NCBI RefSeq assembly: GCF_001194135.2
Contig: NC_068995.1
Coordinates: 3,799,232 to 3,863,231, forward strand
Reading direction: 5' to 3'
DNA: 64,000 nucleotides
Source: Octopus bimaculoides
Taxonomy: Eukaryota
Position numbers and translations under genes: made by a program. The notes beneath the pieces are model-generated. The model saw only the letters and a program-made list of their open reading frames with translations. It was not told the DNA's origin and did no database searches. Numbering within the stretch: the first letter of the stretch is position 1; every line of letters starts with the position of its first letter. Positions 1-11,987 of this stretch are shown piece after piece.

Positions 1-316
1 ATATATATATATACATATATATATACATAGATAGATAGATAGATCGATAGATAGATTAGATAGACAGATATGTGTACATATATGTACATTTATAAAACGG
101 TGTATCATTTTATAGACATTGTGTTTTATATGAAAAAAAATGACAAAAATGCCATATATAGAAAAAAAAACAACTTTGCCTACCAATTCCTTTGGTTGAA
201 TATTTCTATAAGCTTGTCTATTCTATTCAAATATCTGCATGGATTCATATTTATGAAATGTACGTGAATATGCGAAACATTGGAGAAAGTTTTCTTCACA
301 TCGACGCTATAAGAAG

Positions 317-475
317 CGCAGCTATTGCTTGGCTGTGTGGTTAAGAAGTTCATCTCACAACATTATAGTACTCGGTTCGACCCAAATTCGCCGCACCTTA
401 AAAGTGCTTGATATCATAGCTTTGGGGGCGGCCTAAACCTTATGAGAAAGATTTAGTTAATGGAAGTTATGTGAA
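317..475 (+). mobile_element. Degenerate SINE family B (tRNA-like head plus part of body)
   Basis: tggctgtgtggttaagaagtt...ggttcgaccc...caccttaaaagtgcttga...accttatgagaaagatttagttaatggaag aligns by eye with better copies at 10356 and 50281. Confidence 0.65.
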
Positions 476-1361
476 AGCTCGTAGGAAGAGGAACCGACCT
501 CACTTCTTGCTTTTGTTTGTATTGAGGTCTAAATACATCGTTCGGAGGGATAACACCATCCGGCCCTTGAGGGATATTAGCGATGGAAGCGTGGTGTACG
601 CATTTGGCTCAGTTTTCGGGATATCTTTGTTCTTGCCGTCCAGTAATTTAGGGGACTTTTAGAATGTATGGCAACCGCCATTTCTTTTCTTAGATTAAAT
701 CACGAGAGAAAGAAAAATATATTACGAGACATTTTGAAACGGACTGCTAAGTTTTTCAAAAAAAATATGGGAAAGTGGGAAAGTAAATGACTTGGCCTGG
801 CGTTACTGGTACACTGAAGTGGAGGGTTAAATATTCCGTCACTGAAATTGCAGAGAAGGCCATAAGAGGGGTTTGGATAAAAAGGGAACAGTGGTTTCAT
901 GTTGTTGGGATGCAAGCTAGGACTTCATTGTGTGGGTCAATTGGGTGAGTGGATCTGATGCTGAAAATCCCGAAACCCCATGAGACCCCAGAAATATTAC
1001 TGACGATACATCCCAGCGCATCCGTGATTTATACATTATACAAATTATTATGTGAATATACATACACTTAAATGCACGCACACACACACACAATCGCGTA
1101 TAAATATGTATTGCGACTGTTGGTAATATTTAGCGCTAAATATATTACTTGAATGTCCTAATAATACGGAGAAATACTTTGTATCCGAAATTTAACCTGA
1201 ATCAATTTTTTGAGAGCATCAGCTATATGTTGAATAATTAAAAATATTCAACAAAAAAATACCAACGAAAAGTTTTCGATAATTCAATATGCCACCTACC
1301 CTGTGGTCTGTCTGTGTGTCTGTCTCTAACTATCTATCAATCTGCGAATATATAAATGCAC

Positions 1362-1398
<37 letters not shown>

Positions 1399-1543
1399 AA
1401 GAGGAAAATGTCCGAAACATCATAGCAATGAAGACTTTGTATTCCTCTGAGCGTCTCAAAAGACTTATTTTGAACCTGAACTTGTGTCATTGTTGGTCAT
1501 GTTTTGTTCGACATTTGCATAAACGTGTATTTCTATCAGTCTG

Positions 1544-1603
<60 letters not shown>
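1544..1603. repeat. (TATC)n microsatellite
   Basis: Direct reading. Confidence 0.97.
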
Positions 1604-1604
<1 letters not shown>

Positions 1605-1647
1605 TTTGCATAAGCGTGTATCTGTACGTAGTGGGATATATATATAT

Positions 1648-2079
1648 NNNNNNNNNNNNNNNNNNNNNNNNNNNNNNNNNNNNNNNNNNNNNNNNNNNNN
1701 NNNNNNNNNNNNNNNNNNNNNNNNNNNNNNNNNNNNNNNNNNNNNNNNNNNNNNNNNNNNNNNNNNNNNNNNNNNNNNNNNNNNNNNNNNNNNNNNNNNN
1801 NNNNNNNNNNNNNNNNNNNNNNNNNNNNNNNNNNNNNNNNNNNNNNNNNNNNNNNNNNNNNNNNNNNNNNNNNNNNNNNNNNNNNNNNNNNNNNNNNNNN
1901 NNNNNNNNNNNNNNNNNNNNNNNNNNNNNNNNNNNNNNNNNNNNNNNNNNNNNNNNNNNNNNNNNNNNNNNNNNNNNNNNNNNNNNNNNNNNNNNNNNNN
2001 NNNNNNNNNNNNNNNNNNNNNNNNNNNNNNNNNNNNNNNNNNNNNNNNNNNNNNNNNNNNNNNNNNNNNNNNNNNNNNN
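1648..2079. other. Assembly gap (N run). Other gaps: 3507-3516, 4152-4235, 5666-6139, 10142-10299, 32360-32369, 44779-44867, 48668-48896
   Basis: Runs of n in the sequence; most abut (AT)n microsatellites, as expected in a short-read draft assembly. Confidence 0.99.
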
Positions 2080-2170
2080 GTTTCCAATACTCTTATGTAA
2101 TTATTTCAACAGTTTGCTGAAAGCCATGTATGTCCTGTGAAGCTTTGAGTGTCACATCAGTTTTCTGATT

Positions 2171-2202
2171 TATCATCATCATCATCATCATCATCATCAT
2201 TA

Positions 2203-2287
<85 letters not shown>

Positions 2288-2293
2288 CATCAT
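2171..2293. repeat. (ATC)n/(ATT)n microsatellite; a second block lies at 2462-2557
   Basis: Direct reading; the two blocks flank the retrotransposon fragment at 2294-2461. Confidence 0.97.
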
Positions 2294-2461
2294 TAGGGTC
2301 GGTCATATTCTCAGTAGGAATTATGTGGATAACGGGTTACTACCTCTAACCTTGGGAATTCACAAGAGATAAAAAACATTCCGTAGGAGCTCTACCGAGC
2401 ATTCTATTTCAATCTCCTTCAGCCATTTGTCTATATCTGGGCTTACTGTTCCCAACACACT
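2294..2461 (-). mobile_element. 5'-truncated 3' end of an RLE-type (R4/Dong-like) non-LTR retrotransposon
   Basis: Minus-strand peptide VLGTVSPDIDKWLKEIEIECSVELL resembles the C-terminal ...GALGTV...LEKW.KEIGI...ELLQK region of restriction-like-endonuclease non-LTR elements; followed by a short 3' UTR and a (TAA/TGA)n tail. Confidence 0.6.
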
Positions 2462-2469
2462 CATCATCA

Positions 2470-2536
<67 letters not shown>

Positions 2537-3713
2537 CATTATTATTATTATCATCATCTTCTATATGTAGATAGAAGCATATATGTAATTATGCGTATGC
2601 AGTGTGTACTACGTACCACTATCTCTTAGAAAGTGCGAACCGAATGCATAAGTAGAGTAAAAATTTAGAAATAACGATTACGTTTTATTATAGTGCAATA
2701 TCGTTAATGCACAACGCTGTAAACGCGGTAAACAATGAAACAATTATTGAACAAGCCATTGTTCCTAGTTTAGATATAAGTTCCATTATTATGCCTGTTG
2801 AAAGCACACCGTCATTGACAAACCGGTATTGAGCGGTATTTGAAATGGTTAAGTCACGTGATCACTTGTTTGGTATCTTCTATTGCATGAGAGGATACAG
2901 CATAGCTAGGAGTGTGATATACTTTTACATTTATAAGTGCAGTTAGAATTCGGTATTGCTTAGAAGGAGGTGGATGCATGTCATGGTCTTCGCCGCTGGC
3001 GTCGTGGCTGTCATCGTTGTTGTTGTTGCTGTTCTTTAGCCACAACTTAGTCCTATTTAATTTGAGCTATGACAGAATGATTCCTTAGGTGACCATCACG
3101 TCTTTTTAGGTGAGTTTAATGCCATGTATTTCTGCCAGATTATGAACCATTTCTTTCAATCAAAATAAAATTTTAAACATGGACGAAATTGCAATGAAAC
3201 TCGCAGGACCAGTATAGTTTTAAGCCTTGGAAGTTATTCTGAAAGGATTCCTCATAGCCATTGCCAAAGATAGCATCATATTTTTACCCCAACCCACACA
3301 CAAAACTCAATGATGAAATACATTCACCCCAGCTCAATCTTTCCGCTTCAGGCTTTCAAACAAACAACTGTAGAGATATTCCTTGTTATACATGTTTTAC
3401 GCATTCTGAAATAATGCCGTATTTTATCCATCCAACAATCCATCCACCCATCCATATCTATCCATCCATCCATACGTACATATATATATAAATAAATATA
3501 TATATANNNNNNNNNNTCTATCTATCTATATATCTGTCTGTCTGTCTGTCTGTCCGTTTGTCTGCCTGCCTGTCTGTCTGTATGTATATATTCACGTATG
3601 TAGGTATGTATTTATCTATCTATACACACACATATATGTATCCATAAATATTATACTTATTCATATTCTTCTTATTAATATTATTATTACTACCAGTATT
3701 AGTAGCAGTAGTA

Positions 3714-3758
<45 letters not shown>

Positions 3759-4270
3759 GTAGTAGTAGTAGTAAATTTAGTACGTTGATTACTAGCTTGT
3801 TATATGCAAAACAGCTACTATTTTATATAACGATTTAGATACATAGTTCTTTAGGGAACCGAAGAATATTGGCACATATCTGATGAGGGACGTTTATCTG
3901 GAAAAGCATATGTTCAGATTTCTAGCTATTTTTTGTTTGGTGTCGAATAGAACAATGGGATGTTTTCGCATAATCTGCAATCTTCACAGTTAAAGGCTTT
4001 CAAACAAATAACCGTAAAGTTATCTACATTATACATGTTACGGAAACTTTGAATCATGCTATGTTCTGTCCCTCTCTCTGTCTCTCTGTCTCTCTTTTTC
4101 TTTTTTTCTTTCTCTGTCTTTCTCTCCCTCTATGTGTGATTGTATATATATNNNNNNNNNNNNNNNNNNNNNNNNNNNNNNNNNNNNNNNNNNNNNNNNN
4201 NNNNNNNNNNNNNNNNNNNNNNNNNNNNNNNNNNNTATATATACACACATATATATATACATACATACAG

Positions 4271-4308
<38 letters not shown>

Positions 4309-4760
4309 AGAGAGAGAGGGGAGAGATAGAAAGATAGATGTAGATATATGTAAATATATCTTAAACTAAGATTTCTGTTTTATGTAATGAATGCATTATA
4401 CGCGTGGTGCAAATATTATCCGACATAGAACTCAACGCATCGGGTAAAGTAGTGAGTTATATCTATTACATCAAAAATTAGCATATTTATTTATTTCTAG
4501 AGCAGACTGAATCACCACATGAATGTTTCTTGGTGTTGCTTTTGATCTGTAGCTCGTACTATACACAGACCCAACTTCTGAGCAGCGATTGTTAACTACT
4601 CTTTAAGACTGCGAGAATTTTGCAGTCTTAGCCATTCAGAGACACAAAAACCGTCGACTTCATTTACACAATTATTTTTAATATGGTGTCAAAATTTACA
4701 CCGAGATCAAAGCACATACAATGAAAGTACATCTTTGTAATACCTACACTTGCTAAACCA

Positions 4761-4993
4761 AAGGTGGTGAACTGGCAGAAGCGTTAGCGTCCCGGGGAAA
4801 ATACTTAGTGGCATTTCGTCCGTCTTTACGTTCGGAGTTCAAATTCCGCGGAGGTTGACCTTGCATTTCATTTTTCCAGGCGGGGGAATGGGAGGGCGAT
4901 AAAATAAGTACCAGTTAAACACTGGGACTGATGTAATCAATTTGCCCGCTCTCCTGAAATTGCTGGCCTCGTTTCAAAATTTGAAACCGATAT
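4761..4993 (+). mobile_element. SINE family A, near full length
   Basis: aaggtggtgaactggcagaagcgttagc (A-box-like)...ggagttcaaattccg (B-box-like)...gataaaataagtaccagtt...ctcctgaaattgctggcc...aaaatttgaaaccgatatt; about 20 related copies in the window. Confidence 0.9.
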
Positions 4994-5545
4994 TTGCTAA
5001 GCGAACTTCAAAATAGAACTTCTGTTAAACCTTAATTCTTATAATCGAGTATACCATTCTCTCCGTCTTCAGAATTGCTATTTTCTCGAGTACACACTTG
5101 AAGAAATATCCCGAGACGATGGTAAAAAAAACAGTTGAATCAAGACAAATAGCATAGCAGCTAAATACAGCTAATAATAGATCACACATCAATATGGTAC
5201 CAGAAGGGTATGGCGACTATATCTGTAGCCAATACTCTTTGCTTTATATAGTTCCTCTTTAACATTTTTCTCCATACAGTAATCTTTGTCAAAATATTTT
5301 CAATGTTTTACTTGGTTCTGTTAGTGCCTATCCATGTTTTTCACACGTAATGGCTAATGTATTCTTCTGAGACACCAAAGATAATAAAAGATTAAAACAA
5401 AAGAACAATGGCTTCATTGATTGGTGATTTTTGGCAATAAAAATGTTGCGTGACAGTGAGATAACAAAAAATTCAGGCGCTTTTAAAATATGTCGGTATC
5501 TTGGAAAACAAGATTACATAACAGACATTAGCTAAAGATCATAAA

Positions 5546-5619
<74 letters not shown>

Positions 5620-5627
5620 TGTATATG

Positions 5628-5665
<38 letters not shown>

Positions 5666-6139
5666 NNNNNNNNNNNNNNNNNNNNNNNNNNNNNNNNNNN
5701 NNNNNNNNNNNNNNNNNNNNNNNNNNNNNNNNNNNNNNNNNNNNNNNNNNNNNNNNNNNNNNNNNNNNNNNNNNNNNNNNNNNNNNNNNNNNNNNNNNNN
5801 NNNNNNNNNNNNNNNNNNNNNNNNNNNNNNNNNNNNNNNNNNNNNNNNNNNNNNNNNNNNNNNNNNNNNNNNNNNNNNNNNNNNNNNNNNNNNNNNNNNN
5901 NNNNNNNNNNNNNNNNNNNNNNNNNNNNNNNNNNNNNNNNNNNNNNNNNNNNNNNNNNNNNNNNNNNNNNNNNNNNNNNNNNNNNNNNNNNNNNNNNNNN
6001 NNNNNNNNNNNNNNNNNNNNNNNNNNNNNNNNNNNNNNNNNNNNNNNNNNNNNNNNNNNNNNNNNNNNNNNNNNNNNNNNNNNNNNNNNNNNNNNNNNNN
6101 NNNNNNNNNNNNNNNNNNNNNNNNNNNNNNNNNNNNNNN

Positions 6140-6183
<44 letters not shown>

Positions 6184-7207
6184 CATATGCACGGTTATCA
6201 ATTTGTGTTGCAAGATTCCTCATATGAAAACGTGTACTGAAACCGATATTGTTGTATTTCGGGACGGTCATATTTTTTTTGCCAAATAAACACACGCAGT
6301 ATATATTTTTCTTCACTCGTTTATTTCTCTTCGTATTTAAAAAAAAATTTTACTCATGTTCATTGTCAGATATGTGAGGAAAAATTTCCGGATAATAGAT
6401 ATGAGTTAAAATAATAAAATAAGAACAGTAATGAACCTAGCGGCAAATGTTTGAAACTTTAAGACATAAAGGGAGATAATTTCAAGAAATTCATAATAAT
6501 AATTATATGACAGATTTGACATGCATAGGAGTAGTGACCCGAATGTTTGCAGCTCAATAAACTCCTTTGAAAGCTTGTCAGAAGCGGGTGGAGGTGTTAA
6601 ACAGGGTGACATATTAAGTCTACAAAAAAAAAGAAAAAAGAAAAAAGAAAAAAAAGGGGTTATTTCAGACTTTTCTGGTGCTCCTTACTTAAACCAAATT
6701 TCCTTTAAAAGATCTTAGTCGCCTGTATCGGATTGAACTTAGATGGAAAAGTTAACTTCTATAGCAAATAACGAACCATAGAGAGCAACAGAAAGAGATG
6801 AAAACGGAGAGTGACAGAGAGGGAAAATAAGAAAGGGAAGGTACAGAAGATGAAGATGCACTATTAAGATGTGAATCCCGGTGAACATAATACAGACCTC
6901 TTGTGACAAAGTATACTTAATCTATAATCTATGGTATGTAGTGCAGTAATTTCATCTTGCAGAATGTCTTTGATCTGAACTAGATATCTTCAGCTTACGA
7001 AAATATCTGTTTTGAAATGTAGCGAAGAAGTGCAAGTAGTCCAAGGATATAGATTTGGTACAATGAAAAATGTAAGGTAATATGGTAATAATATGAGTGT
7101 TGGAGACCTATATAACTGCAATGAGAAACGCAAGAGAGCGGGAATAGCTGTACGTGTATGCATATGTGCACATGTACAACTGTGTACATATATATATTCG
7201 CTCACAC

Positions 7208-7257
<50 letters not shown>

Positions 7258-7259
7258 AT

Positions 7260-7320
<61 letters not shown>

Positions 7321-7375
7321 AGTCTTTCTCTCTCTCTCTCTCTCTCTGTCTGTCTGTATGTCTGTTTCTCTCTCT
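7208..7375. repeat. (TATC)n + (TC)n + (TCTG)n compound microsatellite
   Basis: Direct reading. Confidence 0.96.
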
Positions 7376-7649
7376 AGATATATTTAAATGGATTTATTCT
7401 TCAAAGACTCTATGTTAAAATAAAAAGGGGATAATATATGCCTGTTATTTTGCCTGGCGATAACAATGTTTGCCTTTTCGCATTTAAAGTTATTTACACA
7501 AACCATCTCCCTAGTAAACTGACTTTTTTCATTCCCCATTTTTATGCTACTATTATTTAATGGTTATGCACCTATCAATATGGCGGCTGTTAGAAGTTTA
7601 AGCTCAGATATCATCCACTTTACTCATTCTCTCTTCCTTGTCTTTTTCT

Positions 7650-7695
<46 letters not shown>

Positions 7696-7703
7696 GGTGT
7701 ATG

Positions 7704-7737
<34 letters not shown>

Positions 7738-7782
7738 TATATTTTTTATATATTATTGTTATTATTGTTATTATTATTATTA

Positions 7783-8292
7783 GTTTCAGCTCAAGTGCTG
7801 TGGCAATGGTGGGGCACCGCCAATTTGATAGTTAGTATTTAGTGAATGAGCGAATTTGATGCTGTTGCCCTCATTTTCACTTTTCGCCATGAAGTTAGCT
7901 CATTTGGAAATCTTCACAGCAGGAGATCCAGTTTAGTTTTTGAAACATCTATATCCACACCATGTAGGTCACTCAGCCACTTCGGAGGGATATTGAAGAG
8001 CTGTGGGCATTTGAATCTCAAGCTTATAATATCTGGTCTTGTATTTTGACGGCAGGGGAGGAATTTTAGGTGCTGTGGAATGGCGCTCTGTTCTGGCGAT
8101 TGGATAAATTCTCGGCGTCAAATTTTGAGACAAGTCTTTCCAGGATCTTCCAGATGTATATTGCAGCACATCTTTCCCGCCTTCATTCCAAGGAGTAAAG
8201 TTTTAACATTTTGAGTCTTCTCCGAGAGTTAATTCGCTGCAATGAGTCTATCCTCGTGTAGCTTCGCTGGACTGCTTCAAGTTCCGCTATTT
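7783..8292 (-). mobile_element. 5'-truncated, degenerate CR1-type LINE (ORF2 C-terminus, 3' UTR and TAA tail)
   Basis: Minus-strand translation with stops and frameshifts: IAELEAVQRSYTR-IDSLQRINSRRRLKMLKLYSLE*RRERCAAIYIWKILERLV...RTERHSTAPKIP...SLRFKCPQLFNIPPKWLSDLHGVDIDVSKTKLDLLL. This matches the LE.VQR..T / Y..RL..L.LYSL..RR.R / WNSLP-equivalent / FK..LD motifs of CR1/L2-group ORF2 ends. It ends ggcggtgccccaccattgccacagcacttgagctgaaac-(taa)n. Confidence 0.85.
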
Positions 8293-8346
8293 ATCAGACA
8301 GTGTGGTACGATAGGTGGGGGGTGGGGGTTCGAGGCCCAATGTTCC

Positions 8347-8496
8347 GAGTTCTTTTACAGGGCTTAGAAAAACTGAAGGACCACTGCAATAAGTGTGTAA
8401 ATCCGATAGGGTGGTATGTTGAATAAAATCATAATTAACTGATCCTCCTGTATTTTCTTTTACCCAAAGCCAGAAACATTTTCAACACCCATCGTA
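8347..8496 (+). mobile_element. Mariner-family DNA transposon 3' end (transposase C-terminus plus TIR)
   Basis: Peptide QGLEKLKDHCNKCVNPIGWYVE* (stop 8424-8426) resembles the mariner C-terminal GI.KL..RW.KC....G.Y.E*; ends in TIR-like cattttcaacacccatcg-TA. Confidence 0.65.
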
Positions 8497-8500
8497 TTTA

Positions 8501-8504
<4 letters not shown>

Positions 8505-8531
<27 letters not shown>

Positions 8532-8567
8532 ATACACACACACACACACACACGCACGCACACGCAC

Positions 8568-8652
<85 letters not shown>
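8505..8652. repeat. (CA)n microsatellite
   Basis: Direct reading. Confidence 0.98.
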
Positions 8653-8654
<2 letters not shown>

Positions 8655-9049
8655 TAAATTTATATGGTCTACTAATAATGTAAGTATGTGTACTTTGTTA
8701 TGTAACATATTTTCTTTGTGATCTCTGTCTCTTGTCAGTTTTCTTTTGACGATAGTGCGTGATGTTGGGCTGTTGCCTAGGACGTTACACAGAGAAATCG
8801 ATCTCAAAACAATGTACTCGCGAGGTCGTGTCTGAAAAAAAGGTGTCCGTCTATAATGACAGGCTCTTACGTAATCTCATATTCTATAAACATTCGTCAC
8901 TTTATGTAGATTCAAGTAATAAATATATTATTCAGTAGACAGTCGATTCTCGAATGCTTAATCTCTGACCTCGGTGCCGAAAACTTTTGTGATTTTTACT
9001 GGTGAAGACAGAGGAAGAGCTATAAGACAGCAGATCAAACAATCTATAT

Positions 9050-9184
9050 GCCTGCCTGTCTGCCTGCCTGCCTGTCTGCCTGTCTGCCTGCCTGCCTGTC
9101 TGCCTGTCTGCCTGTCTGGCTGCCTGCCTGCCTATCCCTCTGTCTGTCTGTCTGTCTGTCCGTCTGTCTGTCAAACTATCTATC

Positions 9185-9215
<31 letters not shown>

Positions 9216-9225
9216 CTATCTATCT
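9050..9225. repeat. (CCTG/TCTG)n + (TATC)n compound microsatellite
   Basis: Direct reading. Confidence 0.95.
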
Positions 9226-9303
9226 GGAAAGATAGATAGACAGACAGGTGGATAAATTGATGCATTAATAGATAGACGTGCTTGCGTGTGCATGTGCGTG
9301 TGT

Positions 9304-9339
<36 letters not shown>

Positions 9340-9740
9340 GCGCGTGCCTGCGCGCGAGTGTGTGTGTTTCTATATACACACATACTCCCTCACACTCACA
9401 CAGTATAACACAATGAACAATGCCACCGCCTTCAACATTGATATTCCAGTATTTTCAAGTCTTCTATGTCCCAAATCAAGCTTAATTTAAAATCTGTGCA
9501 AGGAATCCATAATAAGAAACACGTCCCGTGTATTCAAGATATCAGTTTATCTCTTGAGAATTTGGTAAAATAAATATTTCCAAAGAAGAAACAGCAATCT
9601 CTTTGCATTTAATGAGATTTTTTGGGGAAAAAAGTTGGCTGTTTGTAATAAGGGAACACGTTGTGGAAATAAGACAATAAATTCTATGAAAATAAAATAT
9701 TAATAAAAATATTGAATAAAGTAATCGTAGAAAATAATTA

Positions 9741-9896
9741 GCGCAGGTATAGCTGAGTGGTTAAGAAACTAGATTTGGAACCATATGGCCTCGGGTTCAG
9801 TTTTAGTGCGTGGTACCTTGGGCAAGTGTTTTCTACCATATCTGATCAATGTCTTATGACTGAATTTTGTAGAAGGATACTATGTTAAAGCCTGTA

Positions 9897-9897
<1 letters not shown>
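9741..9897 (+). mobile_element. SINE family B, 5' half
   Basis: gcgcaggtatagctgagtggttaagaaac...gggttcagttttagtgcgtggtaccttgggcaagtgttttctac. Confidence 0.8.
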
Positions 9898-9938
<41 letters not shown>

Positions 9939-9960
9939 ACATACATACATACATACATAC

Positions 9961-10141
9961 CGGAGTAAGCACATAAATGCGAAATAAGGTGGAAAAAAGA
10001 GTACTCAAATATCAGAGGTAGAGTAATATGCTTTATTGAAAAGCAGCAGAAATATCTCAAAAGCAGTTACTCAGAGTTTCACGTTCCCGTTCGTCGGGAA
10101 CATGAAATTCTGAGCAACAGTTTCGTGATATTTCTGCTGCC
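9961..10141 (-). mobile_element. Penelope-like pseudo-LTR fragment in inverted (fold-back) junction, carrying a minimal hammerhead core
   Basis: Minus strand CCGACGA-ACG-GGAA-CGT-GAAA-CTC-T-GAG-TA, with AATAAA about 30 nt downstream; arms 10043-10088 and 10096-10140 are inverted copies. Confidence 0.6.
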
Positions 10142-10299
10142 NNNNNNNNNNNNNNNNNNNNNNNNNNNNNNNNNNNNNNNNNNNNNNNNNNNNNNNNNNN
10201 NNNNNNNNNNNNNNNNNNNNNNNNNNNNNNNNNNNNNNNNNNNNNNNNNNNNNNNNNNNNNNNNNNNNNNNNNNNNNNNNNNNNNNNNNNNNNNNNNNN

Positions 10300-10341
<42 letters not shown>

Positions 10342-10355
10342 GTGTGTGTGTGCGT

Positions 10356-10675
10356 GCAGGAGTGGCTGTGCGGTAAGAAACTTGCTTCCCAACCGTATGG
10401 TTCTGGGTTTAGTCCACTGCGTGGCACCTTGGGTAGGTTTCTCCTTTTACAGCCTCGGATCGACAAAAGCCTTGTGAGGTGGATTTGGTAGACGGAAGAT
10501 GAAAGAAGCCGGTCGTATATATATGTCCGCTTGACAGTGTTGTTGCTTTGCTTACGCATCCCGTAACCTAGCAGTTTGGCGAAAGAAACGATGGAATAAT
10601 TATTAGACTTGAAAAAAATACGCTACGGCAGTGCTTCATCAAGGTCCCCGTCCTACGATTGAAACAAGCAAAAGA
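10356..10675 (+). mobile_element. SINE family B, full length
   Basis: caggagtggctgtgcggtaagaaacttgcttcccaacc (tRNA-like head)...ggcaccttgggtag...gatttggtagacggaagatgaaagaagccggtcgtatat...gaaacaagcaaaaga tail. Confidence 0.9.
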
Positions 10676-11370
10676 CGACCGATACGTGTCATTAGTTTGT
10701 TCTTCTCGAAACTTTTTTATATTACATTTATATTACCGATAGACAAATTACGACAATGCTTTATTTTACCAAATTTTACTAAAAGTAACGAACATTATTT
10801 TCTTTTGTTTTTATTCCTAAAAATGTTAAATTGATATTGTCATCTTGATGCCTTCATGCCTTTCCCCAAGAGCATAAATTGCACAATAAAATCTGCTCTG
10901 ATCACAGTTTGAGATAGTTCTTCAATATTCTGATATTTTCCCCTGATATTGATTTATTTTGAATAGATATAAAGAATCAAGTTTTACGAGAATGGTTTTG
11001 ACGTTTGTGACTTTCCCAACGGCATTAGCCAACTAAGTGCTGCCAGGGTTAAGACCAGCTGCAACCATTTCATATCACGTGATACGTTATTACCCTTAAT
11101 AACAAAACAAAAAAAATAATAAATAAAATGTGTGTCACACAATTTGTTCTCCGCTTGCTATAAATCATATATATGCCACATGCTTATGTCAAAAATCGAT
11201 AAGTTAAATTTCTAAAAAAGTCAGTATTTTCTGTATTCAATTTCCCTAATGACATGCAATAGCAATAAGATCTGGATTTCTCTGTGTAAAGCCGTCGTTT
11301 TGAGTCACTCGCCTACAATCTGTATTCAATATATAAATTTTATAACAAGTCATTTTCTGAACGCCATCTC

Positions 11371-11762
11371 TCTTTCATCTTTTACTTGCTTCAATCATTA
11401 GACTGTGGCCATGCTGAGGCACCACCTTCAAAAAGTTTTAGTCGAATGAATCGACCCCAGTATTTATTTATTTATTTGTTTTTTAAGCTTGGTACTTATT
11501 CAATCGGTATTTTTTTTTGCCGAACCGCTAAGTTACGGGGACGTAAACTCACTAACACCGGTTGTCAAGCTGTGGTAGTGGTGAGGACAAACACAGACAC
11601 AAATACACACACACATACACACGCAAGCACACATACAGATGCATACATATATACGACGGGCTTTTTTCAGTTTCCGTCAACCAAATTCATTCACAAGGCT
11701 TTGGTTGGCCCGAGGCTATACTATAAGACATTTTCCCAAGGTGCCACGCACTGGGACTGAAC
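11371..11762 (-). mobile_element. SINE family B, head partly missing, with internal (CA)n
   Basis: Reverse complement matches family B from its tail (ttttacttgcttcaatcattagactgtggccatgctgaggcaccacc) to cccaaggtgccacgcactgggactgaaccc. Confidence 0.9.
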
Positions 11763-11823
11763 CCAGAATGTGGCAAGGCGTGACCCAGAATGTGGCAAGG
11801 CGTGACCCGGAATGTAGCAAGGC
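11761..11823. repeat. 22-bp tandem repeat, about 2.9 copies (ACCCAGAATGTGGCAAGGCGTG)
   Basis: Units at 11761, 11783 and 11805. Confidence 0.95.
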
Positions 11824-11987
11824 TGGTCCTTTGAAATACAAGTACTACTCATTTTCGCCAGGTGAGTGAACTGGAGCAACATGAAATAAAGTATCTTGCT
11901 CAAGAACGCAGTGCAGTGCCGGGATTTGAACTCACAATCTTTCGATCATGAGCTGAATACCCTTAGAACTAAGATACACACCTTCAC
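11821..11987 (-). mobile_element. SINE family C, 5' half (tRNA head plus CORE-like segment)
   Basis: Minus strand gtgaaggtgtgtatcttagttctaagggtattcagctcatgatcgaaagattgtgagttcaaatcccggc...cttgagcaagatactttatttcatgttgctccagt resembles the CORE-SINE CCTTGGGCAAGTCACTTAAC motif. Confidence 0.75.

Noticed and set aside
6560-6622. RT-like motif GVKQGDILS on the plus strand
   Set aside because: It is a single short motif with no flanking RT motifs recognisable in any frame, so too little to call.
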